Positions 24,319 through 35,719 of a stretch of DNA of 64,000 nt are shown one piece after another. The notes beneath the pieces are model-generated. The model was not told the origin of the DNA. It made no database searches and was given only the letters and a program-made list of their open reading frames with translations. The stretch comes from Hormiphora californensis (lineage: Eukaryota > Animalia > Ctenophora), in contig CM035351.1 of assembly GCA_020137815.1 (NCBI GenBank), positions 9,914,896 through 9,978,895 of the forward strand, given 5' to 3'. A program made the position numbers and the translations under genes. How positions within the stretch are numbered: the first letter of the stretch is position 1; each line of letters starts with the position of its first letter.

Positions 24319-26681
24319 CTGTAAAACTAGATATTTTCGAGGCCATTAATTTTCGCGATTCGATCAAAATTGACTATTTTCGCGATTTTAATTTTCGCTA
24401 ATCCCACTGCTACGATTACGTACGATAATGCCTACGGTCAATAATGCCTACAGGGGTTATAGGCATATATAATTGGGTGTAGGCAAAACCGTCAAAACGG
24501 CAATAATGCCTACGGTGGCAATAATGCCTACGATAAAGTACGATAATGCCTACGATCAATAATGCCTACATTATTGATAATTGGGTGTAGGCAAAAGCGT
24601 CAATATTATTGTTGATATGGCGATAATGCCTACAGGGGTGATTGGGTGTAGGCAAAAGCGTCAAATCATCATATCCCGATTGGTAACGTGACCCTGAGGG
24701 CGGCACCAATACGATATAGGAGATATGGCTCGTTAGTTATTGGAGTAAACCGATTGACATGAGAGCTCCTCTAATCGGTAAGGCTCATGTCGGATTGGAT
24801 ACGTGATATGGGCGGTTCATCTAACGGCTTATTACAACGATTAGAGGAGCTTTAGCGGCAGGACACGTGATAAGATGCACCGATTCGAAACACGATTCGA
24901 ACGTGGCTGGTATACCTTAGAAACATTTCATAACTTTTTTTGCAAAATTTTACAGAATCATTGTCAATGCTTTGATCGATGCTCCCCGTAAATTTTCAGA
25001 GAAAACATTATTTTGAAATTTTGATACTTCCTCACCCCGCTTAGGGTGCCCAGATTCGGCATGGTATCACATATCGGTTCGTTTCGAACCGTCTAATTAG
25101 TGGCAGGGCACGTGATAAGATGCACCGATTCGAAACACGATTCGAACGTGGCTGGTTCGGGGCCTGGCAAGGCCCCCCGACCCGAACATAACCCAATCTC
25201 AACCCATCCCCCTAAAACAACGGGGCCGAGCCGACAGGCCCTCTATAACAGATGCCAAAAAAAACCATAAAACCATAGATATTTTTAGAGTGAAAGTTTT
25301 GAAGCCCCCTGAAGTAGTAGAGAGGTGTTCTATGGCTCGTTGGAAAACCTTAGAAAAAGTTTTTACAATTTTTTTTGAATTTTTTAAGTTTTCTATTTCT
25401 AATGACAGAAGAAATGATCATATTGTCATCAATAAATGTATACTATGTATTATATATACAGTTAGAGGTGTCTTGGTATAGAATTTTGGACAAAAGTATG
25501 ATTTATGGGTCAAATATGCTCTACCCCGATATACCGGGCACCCCGATTTACCGGGCAAAATGGCTTCCCCCGAGGATCCCGGTAAATCGGGGTCCGACTG
25601 TATTGAGAGAATGAAAGATTGCATTGCAGTTGACAACTCGCTTAGGATATCTCGATTCGGTACATATATGTACCGAATCGAGATATCCTTAGTAGTAGAG
25701 TCGATAACTACATCGACCTCTCCCAATTGTTCCAGTTTTTGTCACATCTGTTTGGAGCCTCGACACGACCTCTAAACAGGTGTTACTTTTTCACAAACTG
25801 TCTTCATCTTGGTGTAATCAGCAGTTGAAATGTTGCTGATCATAACAAAAACCGAACTATTTTTTTTCAACTTGGGGTAAAACCATGGGTGTCAAAAGTT
25901 AGCTCTAGGTCCCCTGAGTAACCATCCGGAGACTCTAAGAGATATTTCAAGCCGTTCTCCCGTAATCATTAATCCCGGTGGAGAAAAAATACAATGAGTA
26001 AAAGTAACACCTGTTTAGAGGTCGTGTCGAGGCTCCAAACAGATGTGACAAAAACTGGAACAATTGGGAGAGGTCGATGTAGTTATCGACTCTACTATAG
26101 CGAGTTGTCAACTGCAATGCAATACTGAGGTGGAGGGTAGGCAAAACTGCTCGTAGGCATTATTGTCAACATCAGTGGTAAAATCACAGTTTTGCCTACA
26201 TGGTAGGCATTATGTACCGTAGGCAAAACTGCGGTTTACCCCCCTGGTGTTGACGATAATGCCTACAAGCAGTTTTGCCTACCCTCCACCTCTAATTAGA
26301 TGTTTTAGGGTGTAGGCATTATTGACCGTAGGCATTATTGTATGCTACCACTGCTACCCCCATTTCACGGTCCTAGTCTATTGTCTAATTACGCCAAGAG
26401 TGCAGTCATCATTGCCATGAGACACCAGACCTGCTTGGCGTAGACCAATGAAATGTGAGCATTTTCTCATTGCTGATTGGCTCTAAGAGATTTCTGATCT
26501 TATGAACCGATTGTCGTTGACTTAGTACTAAAAGTAAAAAATGTGTCATCCTGAAATAATTTGCACGAGCTTTCTGTAAAAAAATCGTCCAAAATATTTT
26601 CGCGGAATTAATTTTCGCGGATTTTCCAGCCAAAAATAAAGAGCGAAAATAAAAATCTCACGAAAATTAGTAGTTTTACAG
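24319..26681. mobile_element. TA-target MITE (CTGTAAAACTA TIR) containing further insertions
   Basis: ta|ctgtaaaacta ... tagttttacag|ta; empty site visible in the opposite foldback arm near 22295. Confidence 0.85.
24414..26348. mobile_element. Mutator-like element with 9-bp TSD and ataatgcctac subrepeats
   Basis: TSD cactgctac at 24405-24413 and 26349-26357; TIR tacgataatgcctacggtcaataatgcctac. Confidence 0.7.
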
Positions 26682-26884
26682 TATTTCAGAATTCATGAAT
26701 GAACGGCAGCAATGTTCATTCATGAAAAATGAACTTTTGAAATTTAATTTTAAAACAAAGCCATCAGTTAGGAAGGAATTAATCCAGCACACTCCCGCAG
26801 TTTGTTTTCACACAACTATCACCGTTTTTGCGTGACAGCTCGCCAACCGACCCGGAGAATATATGGGACACGGAGAATATATAT

Positions 26885-26944
26885 ATGTAAGAAATGAAAA
26901 GTCGGGAGTTACGATCGTAACTCCCGACTTTTCATTTCTTACAT
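26885..26944. repeat. Perfect loop-less 60-bp palindrome
   Basis: atgtaagaaatgaaaagtcgggagttacga|tcgtaactcccgacttttcatttcttacat. Confidence 0.95.
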
Positions 26945-26986
26945 TTATTTGCCTTGGGCCCGGACCCGTAAACAAACACACCTACT

Positions 26987-27158
26987 ATATCAATGATGAG
27001 ATCTTGTTCAGGATTAAATAGGGAGGAAAATTAGAAAAATATCTGGCGAGGGCCGGGCTCGAACCGACAACCTCTGGGTTTCGCGTCCATTGCCCTCGCC
27101 AGATATTTTTCTAATTTTCCTCCCTATTTAATCCTGAACAAGATCTCATCATTGATAT
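26987..27158. repeat. 67-bp perfect inverted repeat enclosing a tRNA/SINE-head-like fragment
   Basis: arms 26987-27053 and 27092-27158; minus strand gaaacccagaggttgtcGGTTCGAGCCcggccctcgCCA. Confidence 0.8.
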
Positions 27159-27596
27159 TTAACCAATCCATTCTTCCACAACCGTGATCTGCCCGCTGTA
27201 TGTTTCCCCTTCACTGTTGTACAGTAGGGCGTGTATGTGTGAGAGAGAAAGTGAGATTAGCAGCCAGAGAAGATATTAAAAATCTTGTTCCGACACCTAC
27301 TATATATATATCACTGCGCTGGCAAGCGCAAAGGTGGCCCCATCCCATCCCCCAAAAACTTTCCCGAAAAAGTGGCCCGCTTGCCAACAGCGTAGATATA
27401 ACAATTTTGAAGTTTTAGCTCATTTTGGCACTTTTCGACCCCTCCTAACTCCGGAACCAGATGAGCTAGGAGGCTGAAATTTGGTACTTAGAAGCTTCCC
27501 ATAGACCTCTACTGATGGTAAACATTTGAAGAAGCTAGCTCACTCTGGTCGCAAGTTATGACACCACCCCCAAAACAGAAAATTAAGTGTGGCGAT

Positions 27597-27632
<36 letters not shown>

Positions 27633-27634
<2 letters not shown>

Positions 27635-27905
27635 TAGACCAAAAAACAAAAGAAATTTGTTTGGAACACCCGTGGCCTTTTGTCGATACTTGACGCTGCG
27701 GGAAATGCACCCATAATCTGAGCTGCTAGGTATCGTTGTGCCATCTCTCCAAGTTCTAACACACGCACACACACACAGTACACACACTCTCTCTCTCACT
27801 CTTCCACACGTCTTGCTCTGACGAAGGGTGCATTTCCCGCAGCGTCAAGTATCGACAAAAGGCCACGGGTGTTCCAAACAAATTTCTTTTGTTTTTTGGT
27901 CTAGT
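27633..27905. repeat. 80-bp perfect inverted repeat (MITE-like)
   Basis: 27633-27712 is the reverse complement of 27826-27905. Confidence 0.85.
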
Positions 27906-27946
27906 TTCTCAGGATTTTTGTAAACAGGTATCATAATTATGCAAAT

Positions 27947-28690
27947 AACGGCTAAACGGTGGGAGATACGACTTTTTGTCCGGGGGACGACCCCCCATAA
28001 ATCGACTATTCTGCGTCGAAGCATGTCCATGAAAACTTTCTAGGACCAGCTGAAGTGGAAATATTCAGAATATGCACTAAATCATGAATCGGCGCATAAA
28101 TATGCACATAACAGCTAAACGGTGGGAGATACAACTTTTTGTCCGGGGGACGACCCCCCATAAATCGACCATTTTGCGTCGAAATATGCCCATGAAAACT
28201 TTCTAGGACTAGCTGAAGTGGAAATGTTCAAAATATGCACTAAATCATGAATCGGCGCATAAATATACACATAACGGCTAAACGGTGGGAGATACAACTT
28301 TTTGTCCGGGGGACGACCCCCCATAAATCGACTATTCTGCGTCGAAATATGTCCATGAAAACTTTTTAGGACCAGCCGAAGTGGAAATATTCAGAATGTG
28401 CACTAAATCATGAATCGGCGCATAAATATGCACATAACGGCTAAACGGTGGGAGATACAACTTTTTGTCCCGGGGATGACCCCCCATAAATCGACTATTC
28501 TGCGTCGAAATATGTCCATGAAAACTTTCTAGGACCAGCTGAAGTGGAAATATTCAGAAAATGCATAAATCATGAATCGGTGCATAAATATGCAAATAAC
28601 GGCTAAACGGTGCAAGATACAACTTTTTGTCCGGGGGACGACCCCCCATAAATCGACTATTCTCCGTCCAATGCGACCAATGAAAAGCCG
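27947..28690 (+). repeat. 163-bp tandem repeat, ~4.5 copies
   Basis: aacggctaaacggtgggagatac at ~27947, 28110, 28273, 28436, 28598. Confidence 0.92.
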
Positions 28691-30042
28691 CTATCATAAG
28701 TAGAACTTGAGATATTCAGATATGCATATTGTCATAATTATGTGCATTTAACTCCTTAACGGTAAAAGTTAGAGAAAATTGTCCCGAGTAAAACCCCCCA
28801 TAAATCGAATATTTTGCGTCGGTTAGAACCGTCGATTTATCTCTAGTATGTGTCATTACCGAGATATTCATAAATTTATACATAAATTATGCATAATCTC
28901 TAATCAAGATGCCATATAGCCTACTACACACAGAATAGCTAGAGTAACCTAAGTTTAAAATTTCAGGGCTCTAGCTTTAGCCGTTTTTCCAGGCGAATGT
29001 TTGCAAAATGGTGGTGCCTTGTATGTATAGTGTCTACACAGGGTGTGTTTGGGACCCCCCTCGTAACTTTTGAACGAAACGACCGATCCACTTGAAATTT
29101 ATATCACTAACAGTAATGGTAGAGGTACCTATAACTACAAAATTTCAGCTCGCTAGCTTATCGGGAACATGGTCAAACAGGCGCTCAAAAAGGGCGTTTG
29201 TCGCATCCGTATGGTATACTGCACTGGCCCCCACTGGGGGGGGGGGGGGGGGGGGGGTAAATGAACTTCTCGCGCCGGACTTAATTGTTTCAGAGTCATG
29301 TTTTGTTATGACTGGGGATATTTTTAATGCTGGGGGCTGTGCCCCCAGACCCCCCTAAGGCCACGGGGCACTTGCCAGTGCAGTGATATAGACGCTTCAC
29401 TGTGTAACACTTGTAGCCCGAACCATACTAGCTAGAGACTTGAATTAAGTTTTATCCGTTAGCAAATCGTTCGGGGCATGCATTAGTTAAAGTTTCAAGT
29501 GAAAATGTCCACTATGACGGGCGTAATGACGTCAGAAAGTGACGTCACAAAGTGACGTCATTGAAAAAATATCAGACCAAATATTTTCAAACGCCTCTAG
29601 CACCCTCAAGAAGTATTTTGATTCCTGATTTGACGAAAAATCGTTAGTGGCAAATTGTCTGAACTTTCAGAAATTATATTGTAAATTTTTCTAACTTGTC
29701 ATTTTCAAACCTTAAAACGCGTCGGAACTCAAAAATTTGATGTTAAAATCCACATAAAAATTCACATTTAGTGCAATAACTTCAGTTCTTGACTACCATG
29801 CCCTTTAAAACTTTTCACACTTTTAGTGCTTCATAGGCCTAATAGTCTGTTATAATTTTCGACGTCATTTGTGACGTCACGTGTGACGTCACGACGTCAA
29901 AACGACGTCAAATTTTGAAAATTTCGTCAAATCAGTTTCCCACAACCCAGGATATATTTGAATTACATTTGAACACTTTAGTTGACAATTAGCTTAGTTG
30001 TTTGAGGTCATAAATGACCTCAAACGACCAAAAAAGAGTTCA

Positions 30043-31130
30043 AATTTAGAGCAAAAACTAATTGAAATTAATTCGCCAGAAAGGTGGCCCATTTTGAACT
30101 TACTCCTTCATTTCCGTCACCTTTGAGTTGAAGGCGGAAAAGTTTACGGATACCTCAATGTCTTTGAAGCCTCAACTCAAAGGTGACGGAAATGAAGTAC
30201 AGTCGGACCCCGATTTAGGGACCCCCGATTTAGGGACACCCCGATTTAGGGACAGGATTTTTTTCCCCCAAAAATTTTTGAATTTTTTTTGGGAAATTTT
30301 TTGTGAAATTTTTCAAAAAGATTCCAGCCATTTCCGAATCGTGTTTCGAATCAGTGCATCTTATCGCATGTCCCTCTGCTAATTAGACAGTTCGGAACGA
30401 ACCGACACGTGATCCCCATGGTGCCCATTGAATCACAAGTTCACCAAGGTCCAAGTGTCAAAATTTCGATTCGATGGGGATCACGTTTCGATTCGTTCCG
30501 TCTAATTAGCAGTAGGACATGCGATAAGATGCACCGATTCGAAACACGATTCGGACGTGGCTGGTATACCTTTAAAAAAACTTATAACTTTTTTTGCAAA
30601 ATTTTACAGTACGATTGTCAATGCTTTGATCGGTGCTCCCAATAAATTTTGAGAGAAAAAGTTATTTTGAAATTTTTATACTTCCTCACCCGCTTAGGGT
30701 GCCCCGATTCGGTATGGTATCACGTATCGGTTCGTTTTGAACCCGCTAATTAGACAGGATATCCAGTAAGTTGCACCGATTCGAAATACAAACCGGACGG
30801 GCTGGTATAACTTAGAAAATTTTCCACTTTTTTTTGAAAAATAATTATTTTGTATTTTTCTTTTTCTAATCAGAAATGATCATGTCATCAATACATGAAT
30901 ATTGCATATAATAACAGTTAGAGGTGTCTTTAGTCTTAATAATATAGCATTTTGGGCAATAAAATAGGTTTTTTGGGTCAAATATGGTTCACCCCGATTT
31001 AGTGGACACCCCGATTTAGTGGACAAGACCCTTTCCCCCGAGGGTGTCCCTAAATCGGGGTCCGACTGTAGTAAGTTCAAAATGGGCCACCTTTCTGGCG
31101 AACTAATTTCAATTAGTTTTTGCTCTAAAT
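30043..31130. mobile_element. Nested TIR elements: outer ~60-bp IR, hairpin 30106-30197, long CAGTCGGACCCC element 30200-31068
   Basis: atttagagcaaaaactaattg / caattagtttttgctctaaat; TA-flanked inner element. Confidence 0.75.
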
Positions 31131-31137
31131 ATATATA

Positions 31138-31309
31138 TAGTCGGACCCCGATTTACCGGGCCCCGATTTACCGGAACCCCGATTTACCGGGAGGATAAAC
31201 TTCCCCCGATCGAGCAAATTAACGGTTTTTGACCCCGATATACCGAGCAACCCGATTTATCGGGCAAAACCCTTTCCCCCGAGCAACCCGGTAAATCGGG
31301 GTCCTACTG
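31138..31309. mobile_element. CAGTCGGACCCC MITE, ccgatttaccggg subfamily
   Basis: matches 12802-12937. Confidence 0.8.
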
Positions 31310-31420
31310 TATATAATTATATATAATTTATACCACTGCATACAGAATGAGGGTCCAATGCTCTCCATAACATATCATCTGCAAATGAAATTGCAACAAT
31401 TTATAAGTGTTTCCCTTCAG

Positions 31421-31603
31421 AACCAGTCAAATGTCCTGCTTTTACTGTTGACGGATCAAGACAAGGAAACTGGACTGCCTCACCAACAGGAACAACTGCC
31501 ACTATCGAATGTGCTGCCACCCATATCCTAGTGGGAAGTAAAACACTGACATGTCAGGAGGATGGATCGTGGTCAAGTGATGTACCACAGTGTGAAAAAA
31601 TTG
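31421..31603 (+). CDS. Sushi/CCP domain exon (phase 1-1)
   Basis: ttcAG|..|GTAAG, 183 nt: PVKCPAFTVDGSRQGNWTASPTGTTATIECAATHILVGSKTLTCQEDGSWSSDVPQCEKI. Confidence 0.88.
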
Positions 31604-31873
31604 GTAAGTTGATCAACAGATCCACGTATTTTTATAAACTTAGGATACTGCTTTCTCGCTACGGTTTTGCTAGCCTAGGAATCGCGTGCCTTTCAAATTT
31701 TGAAATATAGTCATGACTGAACCTCAGATTCAGGTCACGATTGGAAATTCGCTTTTAACTTTCCTGAAATCTCTGGGAATAGTCGTCACTGAACCCTGAA
31801 AACTCAGGTCTCGGGGATAATAGCAGTGAGCTGACCCTGAGATTCAGGCAAGACTGTTTTACCATAACTACAC

Positions 31874-31984
31874 AGCACGAACCGACCGAATCAGGAAATA
31901 CTGGTCCCTGATTGGCTGATAGCCAGTCACGTGACCTAAATAACGAGCTCTGATTGGTTGTTTACTTGGTCCGGTCGGTTCCTG
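31874..31984 (-). mobile_element. Small CAGGAACCGACC MITE; second copy at 51158-51266
   Basis: TIR gaaccgacc/ggtcggttcctg; internal ccaatcaga..gtcacgtgac..ccaatcagg. Confidence 0.8.
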
Positions 31985-32866
31985 CTACATAGCCCTAAGC
32001 AGGTCACAACTGTGAACTTGAATTAAGATAACGCATATTACTACCCACTTAGCGTTGTATATGGTGTACAGTTTCTATTGCAGGAGATGCATTTTGTGCG
32101 CACAAAATGAGAAAGACCAAGGCACGCGATTAATGCACCTGCAGCTAGCTAAAATCCCGCATATAATTGTGTAATTAAACTCAGATATCAGATATTTGTG
32201 TCGTCCAATTAATCCAATTAATCCAATTAATATGTCGTGTAACTTACTGTTACCCTCCTTGGTTGTGTAACTATGTACTTTTGTGACAGGCTATAATAGT
32301 GCAGGGTGTTTCAGAAAGCAGTTTTCACTTTTCGGACCCTATGTATAGATAATTGGTGTTAATCAATTGCCCATAATTGCAGGGGGGGGGGTTATAGTAG
32401 AAGATCTATCATGCCCTCTGTTGGTTCAGAATATTGTGAATCTGTTGTGAACTAGGAGCTAGTACATTTCTTTTAGGGAAAGTTTATTTACTATAAACAC
32501 AGTTAAATCACATGAGCTATAAGTACGAATTACAGTTTTTAAAACAAAATGTCAAAATATTGTGTCATATTGCAGACGAAACTTGAAATTCGTAAAAGTC
32601 TCGCCCAACTGATTGTGCCCTATATGTACATAAATGAAGCACATAAATTTCTTGAAAATAATATTTTCCAGTTTTTGCAGATTTGAACACACGGGATGTA
32701 TATGTAACTGTTGTTGATTCACTGCAGGGGGATTAGGTAATCTTCTGCTCTTCAAATCTATCACAATTCATGCAAGCACCAAAAAATAGTTGCCATTGAA
32801 ATTATATCCTCGATCTGTTGAATGGCTACCATGGTAACGCGTCTAGTTGAATGGTTGCCATGGTAA

Positions 32867-35567
32867 CTAGTTGAGTGCCATGGGAGAGTTTGTGGTGGCG
32901 GGAGAGAGTTTTGGCTGCCCCAGAGAGTTTACACTGAATGTACTGCCGTGTTTTTGTAGGACACTGTCTCGCTTCAAGTTCAAGTACTTCTTATAATTCT
33001 CCAGGTAATCCTGAAAAGAGGGATGGTTGTTAGGGGAAGGGAGGTGGTTGTTAGGGGAAGAGGGGTGGTTGCTAGGGGAAGGGAGGTGGTTGTTAGGGGA
33101 AGAGGGTTGGTTGTTAGGGGAAGGGAGGTGGTTGTTAGGGGAAGAGGGATGGTTGTTAGGGGAAGGGAGGTGGTTGCTAGGGGAAGAGAGATGGTTGTTA
33201 GGGGAAGGGAGATGGTTGCTAGGTGAAGGGAGTTGGTTGTTAGGGGAATAGAGATGGTTGTTAGGGGAAGAGGGGTGGTTGCTAGGGGAAGGGAGGTGGT
33301 TGTTAGGGGAAGAGAAAGGTTTGTTAGGGGAAGAGGGGTGGTTGCTAGGGGAAGGGAGATGGTTGTTAGGTGAAGGGAGTTGGTTGTTAGGGGAATAGAG
33401 ATGGTTGTTAGGGGAAGAGAGATGGTTGTTAGGGGAAGGGAGGTGGTTGTTAGGTGAAGGGAGTTGGTTGTTAGGGGGATTTTTTCAATTTGAATGTCGA
33501 GTTTTTACCTCTTCTCCATCGATATCCAGTTGGATTGCTTTCAATCGTTCCGCTCTTTCGGCCATCATCTTTGCCTTAACAGTTTCAACTTCATCCTTCG
33601 ATTCACCTAAATTAATTGATTAATTAGTCAACTATAATCAATTGACTAGTGGCTTGATTATTAAATTAATTAATTAATTTTATTGAGTAAATTTGATTCT
33701 AATTCCCATTTCAACAATTAGTACCTGTCGCATCTTCTGCCAGAATTGTCAGATTATTAGCCCTTTCCTCCAAAAGTGTAATTTGGGCCCTCAGAGATCC
33801 AATTTCCGTGTGGGAAAGACTCAGTTTACCTGGAGATAACAATGGATGCAGTTTCAGAATTTTGAAACATGTGTAATCTTACAGCGCTGTTTGTACTGGG
33901 AAAACGGTTTCAAAAACGGTACGTACACCGAAAATTTGACCTTAAAAAAGGGCCGATTCGTCTTGAAAAGCCTATTCAGAAAAGCTCAATATACATGGGC
34001 TTAAGGGTACACCTGGCGTTTTTCATCATCGAGTGCCCAACCAAATGACTTCACCAGGGTTTAGGCCATACAAAATGGACCTCAAATATGCAATTTTAGC
34101 CCTAAAGTCGAATTCATATTTTTGCTACAGCCTATTTTCAAAGTGGCGTTTTTTCAATTTTTGTTGAAATTTTTAACCTCAGGACCACTTTTTTTGAGAT
34201 AGAAACATTAAATTCTTGGAATTTGAAGAGAATATAAAGGTGAATAAGCCCAAAGAAGAATTTTTGAAATGGAGCTTATTTCTGGCCATGAGAACGGTTT
34301 ACTTTTTTGCTTCTTTGACACGCTGGCTGAGAATGTTCCCATGCTTCATTAGAGATGAAAATCTGGAAATAGTTGCTCAAAACGATTATCTATGTGGCCC
34401 GAAAATTTTGGAACTTTCCCGCCAAAGATGTGGTGTACAGAGCTTGTTTTGTGAAACCCGTCTTTTTGAAAAAGAGGGAAATTCCCTGTATCTCAAAAAC
34501 GGATGATCGTAGAGACCTGGGACCAAGCTTAATCGATTCAGAAGGTCCGATTTTGGGGGGGTCTTCTGAGAGACATTTTGCTCCTACTCCAACCGTTTTT
34601 GCTGTAATTGCAAAAAACCAATTCTATGAAAAGGGGAAACAACTCTATTCCAGTAGCCTGCTTCGGGCTGATTTCCCCCTTACTTGCTGATACCTTTTTC
34701 GCAATTACAGCAAAAACGGTTGGAGTAGGAGCAAAATGTCTCTCAGAAGACCCCCCCAAAATCGGACCTTCTGAATCGATTAAGCTTAGTCCCAGGTCTC
34801 TACGATCATCCGTTTTTGAGATACAGGGAATTTCCCTCTTTTTCAAAAAGACGGGTTTCACAAAACAAGCTCTGTACACCACATCTTTGGCGGGAAAGTT
34901 CCAAAATTTTTGGGCCACATAGATAATCGTTTTGAGCAACTATTTCCAGATTTTCATCTCTAATGAAGCATGGGAACATTCTCAGCCAGCGTGTCAAAGA
35001 AGCAAAAAAGTAAACCGTTCTCATGGCCAGAAATAAGCTCCATTTCAAAAATCCTTCTTTGGGCTTATTCACCTTTATATTCTCTTCAAATTCCAAGAAT
35101 TTAATGTTTCTATCTCAAAAAAAGTGGTCCTGAGGTTAAAAATTTCAACAAAAATTGAAAAAACTCCACTTTGAAAATAGGCTGTAGCAAAAATATGAAT
35201 TCGACTTTAGGGCTAAAATTGCATATTTGAGGTCCATTTTGTATGGCCTAAACCCTGGTGAAGTCATTTGGTTGGGCACTCGATGATGAAAAACGCCAGG
35301 TGTACCCTTAAAACTTGAAGGATCAGATTGTTTATCTTCCGATCCTAATTAGGTAATTACAATTAGTTAATTAGTTAATTAGTTAATTACCTTCCAGATC
35401 AGCACATTCAATTTCCTTGATTTGAAGCCTCTCCTCGGCCAGTTGACTCCTCGCACTACACTCCCCAGCCAACACCGCCATCTTTTCGAGCTCCTCCTCC
35501 AGGATGGATATCTCCGCTTCCTGGCCGGTTAACATTTTCCGTAGTTTAGTATGGTCGCCAACTCGGT
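32867..35567 (-). CDS. 3' four exons of an uncharacterised coiled-coil protein: 35567-35391, 33829-33725, 33606-33509, 33010-32867
   Basis: All GT-AG and phase-compatible (1,1,0), open through RVGDHTKLRKML..LEEELEKM / KLSLSHTEIGSLRAQITLLEERAN / ESKDEVETVKAKMMAERAERL / DYLENYKKYLNLKR..ALN*. Confidence 0.85.
33021..33478. repeat. Intronic 21-bp G-rich minisatellite (GGTTGTTAGGGGAAGGGAGGT), ~22 copies
   Basis: direct reading. Confidence 0.95.
34005..35307. mobile_element. 1.3-kb near-perfect foldback transposon with TTAA TSD (Kolobok-like)
   Basis: TTAA|GGGTACACCTGG...CCAGGTGTACCC|TTAA; ~610-bp arms with a handful of mismatches; ~80-bp spacer. Confidence 0.9.
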
Positions 35568-35719
35568 CTAGGGAGAGATAGGAGAAGGTTTAAACTAAAG
35601 TTCGGAAATAGTTAGGAGGATATTGGACGAAGGAAGTTTGGACTAATTAGTTACTAATTAGTTACTGATTAGTTACTAATTAGTTGCTAATTAGTTACTG
35701 ATTAGTGCTGATTACCCTG

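Larger units (their letters stand above)
22114..26863. mobile_element. Large foldback element (~610-bp arms) with several nested insertions
   Basis: 22114-22728 is the reverse complement of 23891-24318 plus 26684-26863. Confidence 0.85.
27303..29390 (+). mobile_element. Helentron-like element with subterminal inverted repeats
   Basis: atatcactgcgctggcaagcgc / gcacttgccagtgcagtgatat; gggggctgtgcccccagaccccc hairpin near the right end. Confidence 0.55.

Noticed and set aside
33023-33623. VVRGRE / WLLGEG repeat proteins and telomeric repeat
   Set aside because: Translations of an intronic minisatellite; TTAGGG is not tandemly arrayed.
34216-35096. Mirror-image ORF pairs here and at 1307-1540, 6563/8719, 21965/24120
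   Set aside because: Consequence of DNA palindromes; no protein motifs.
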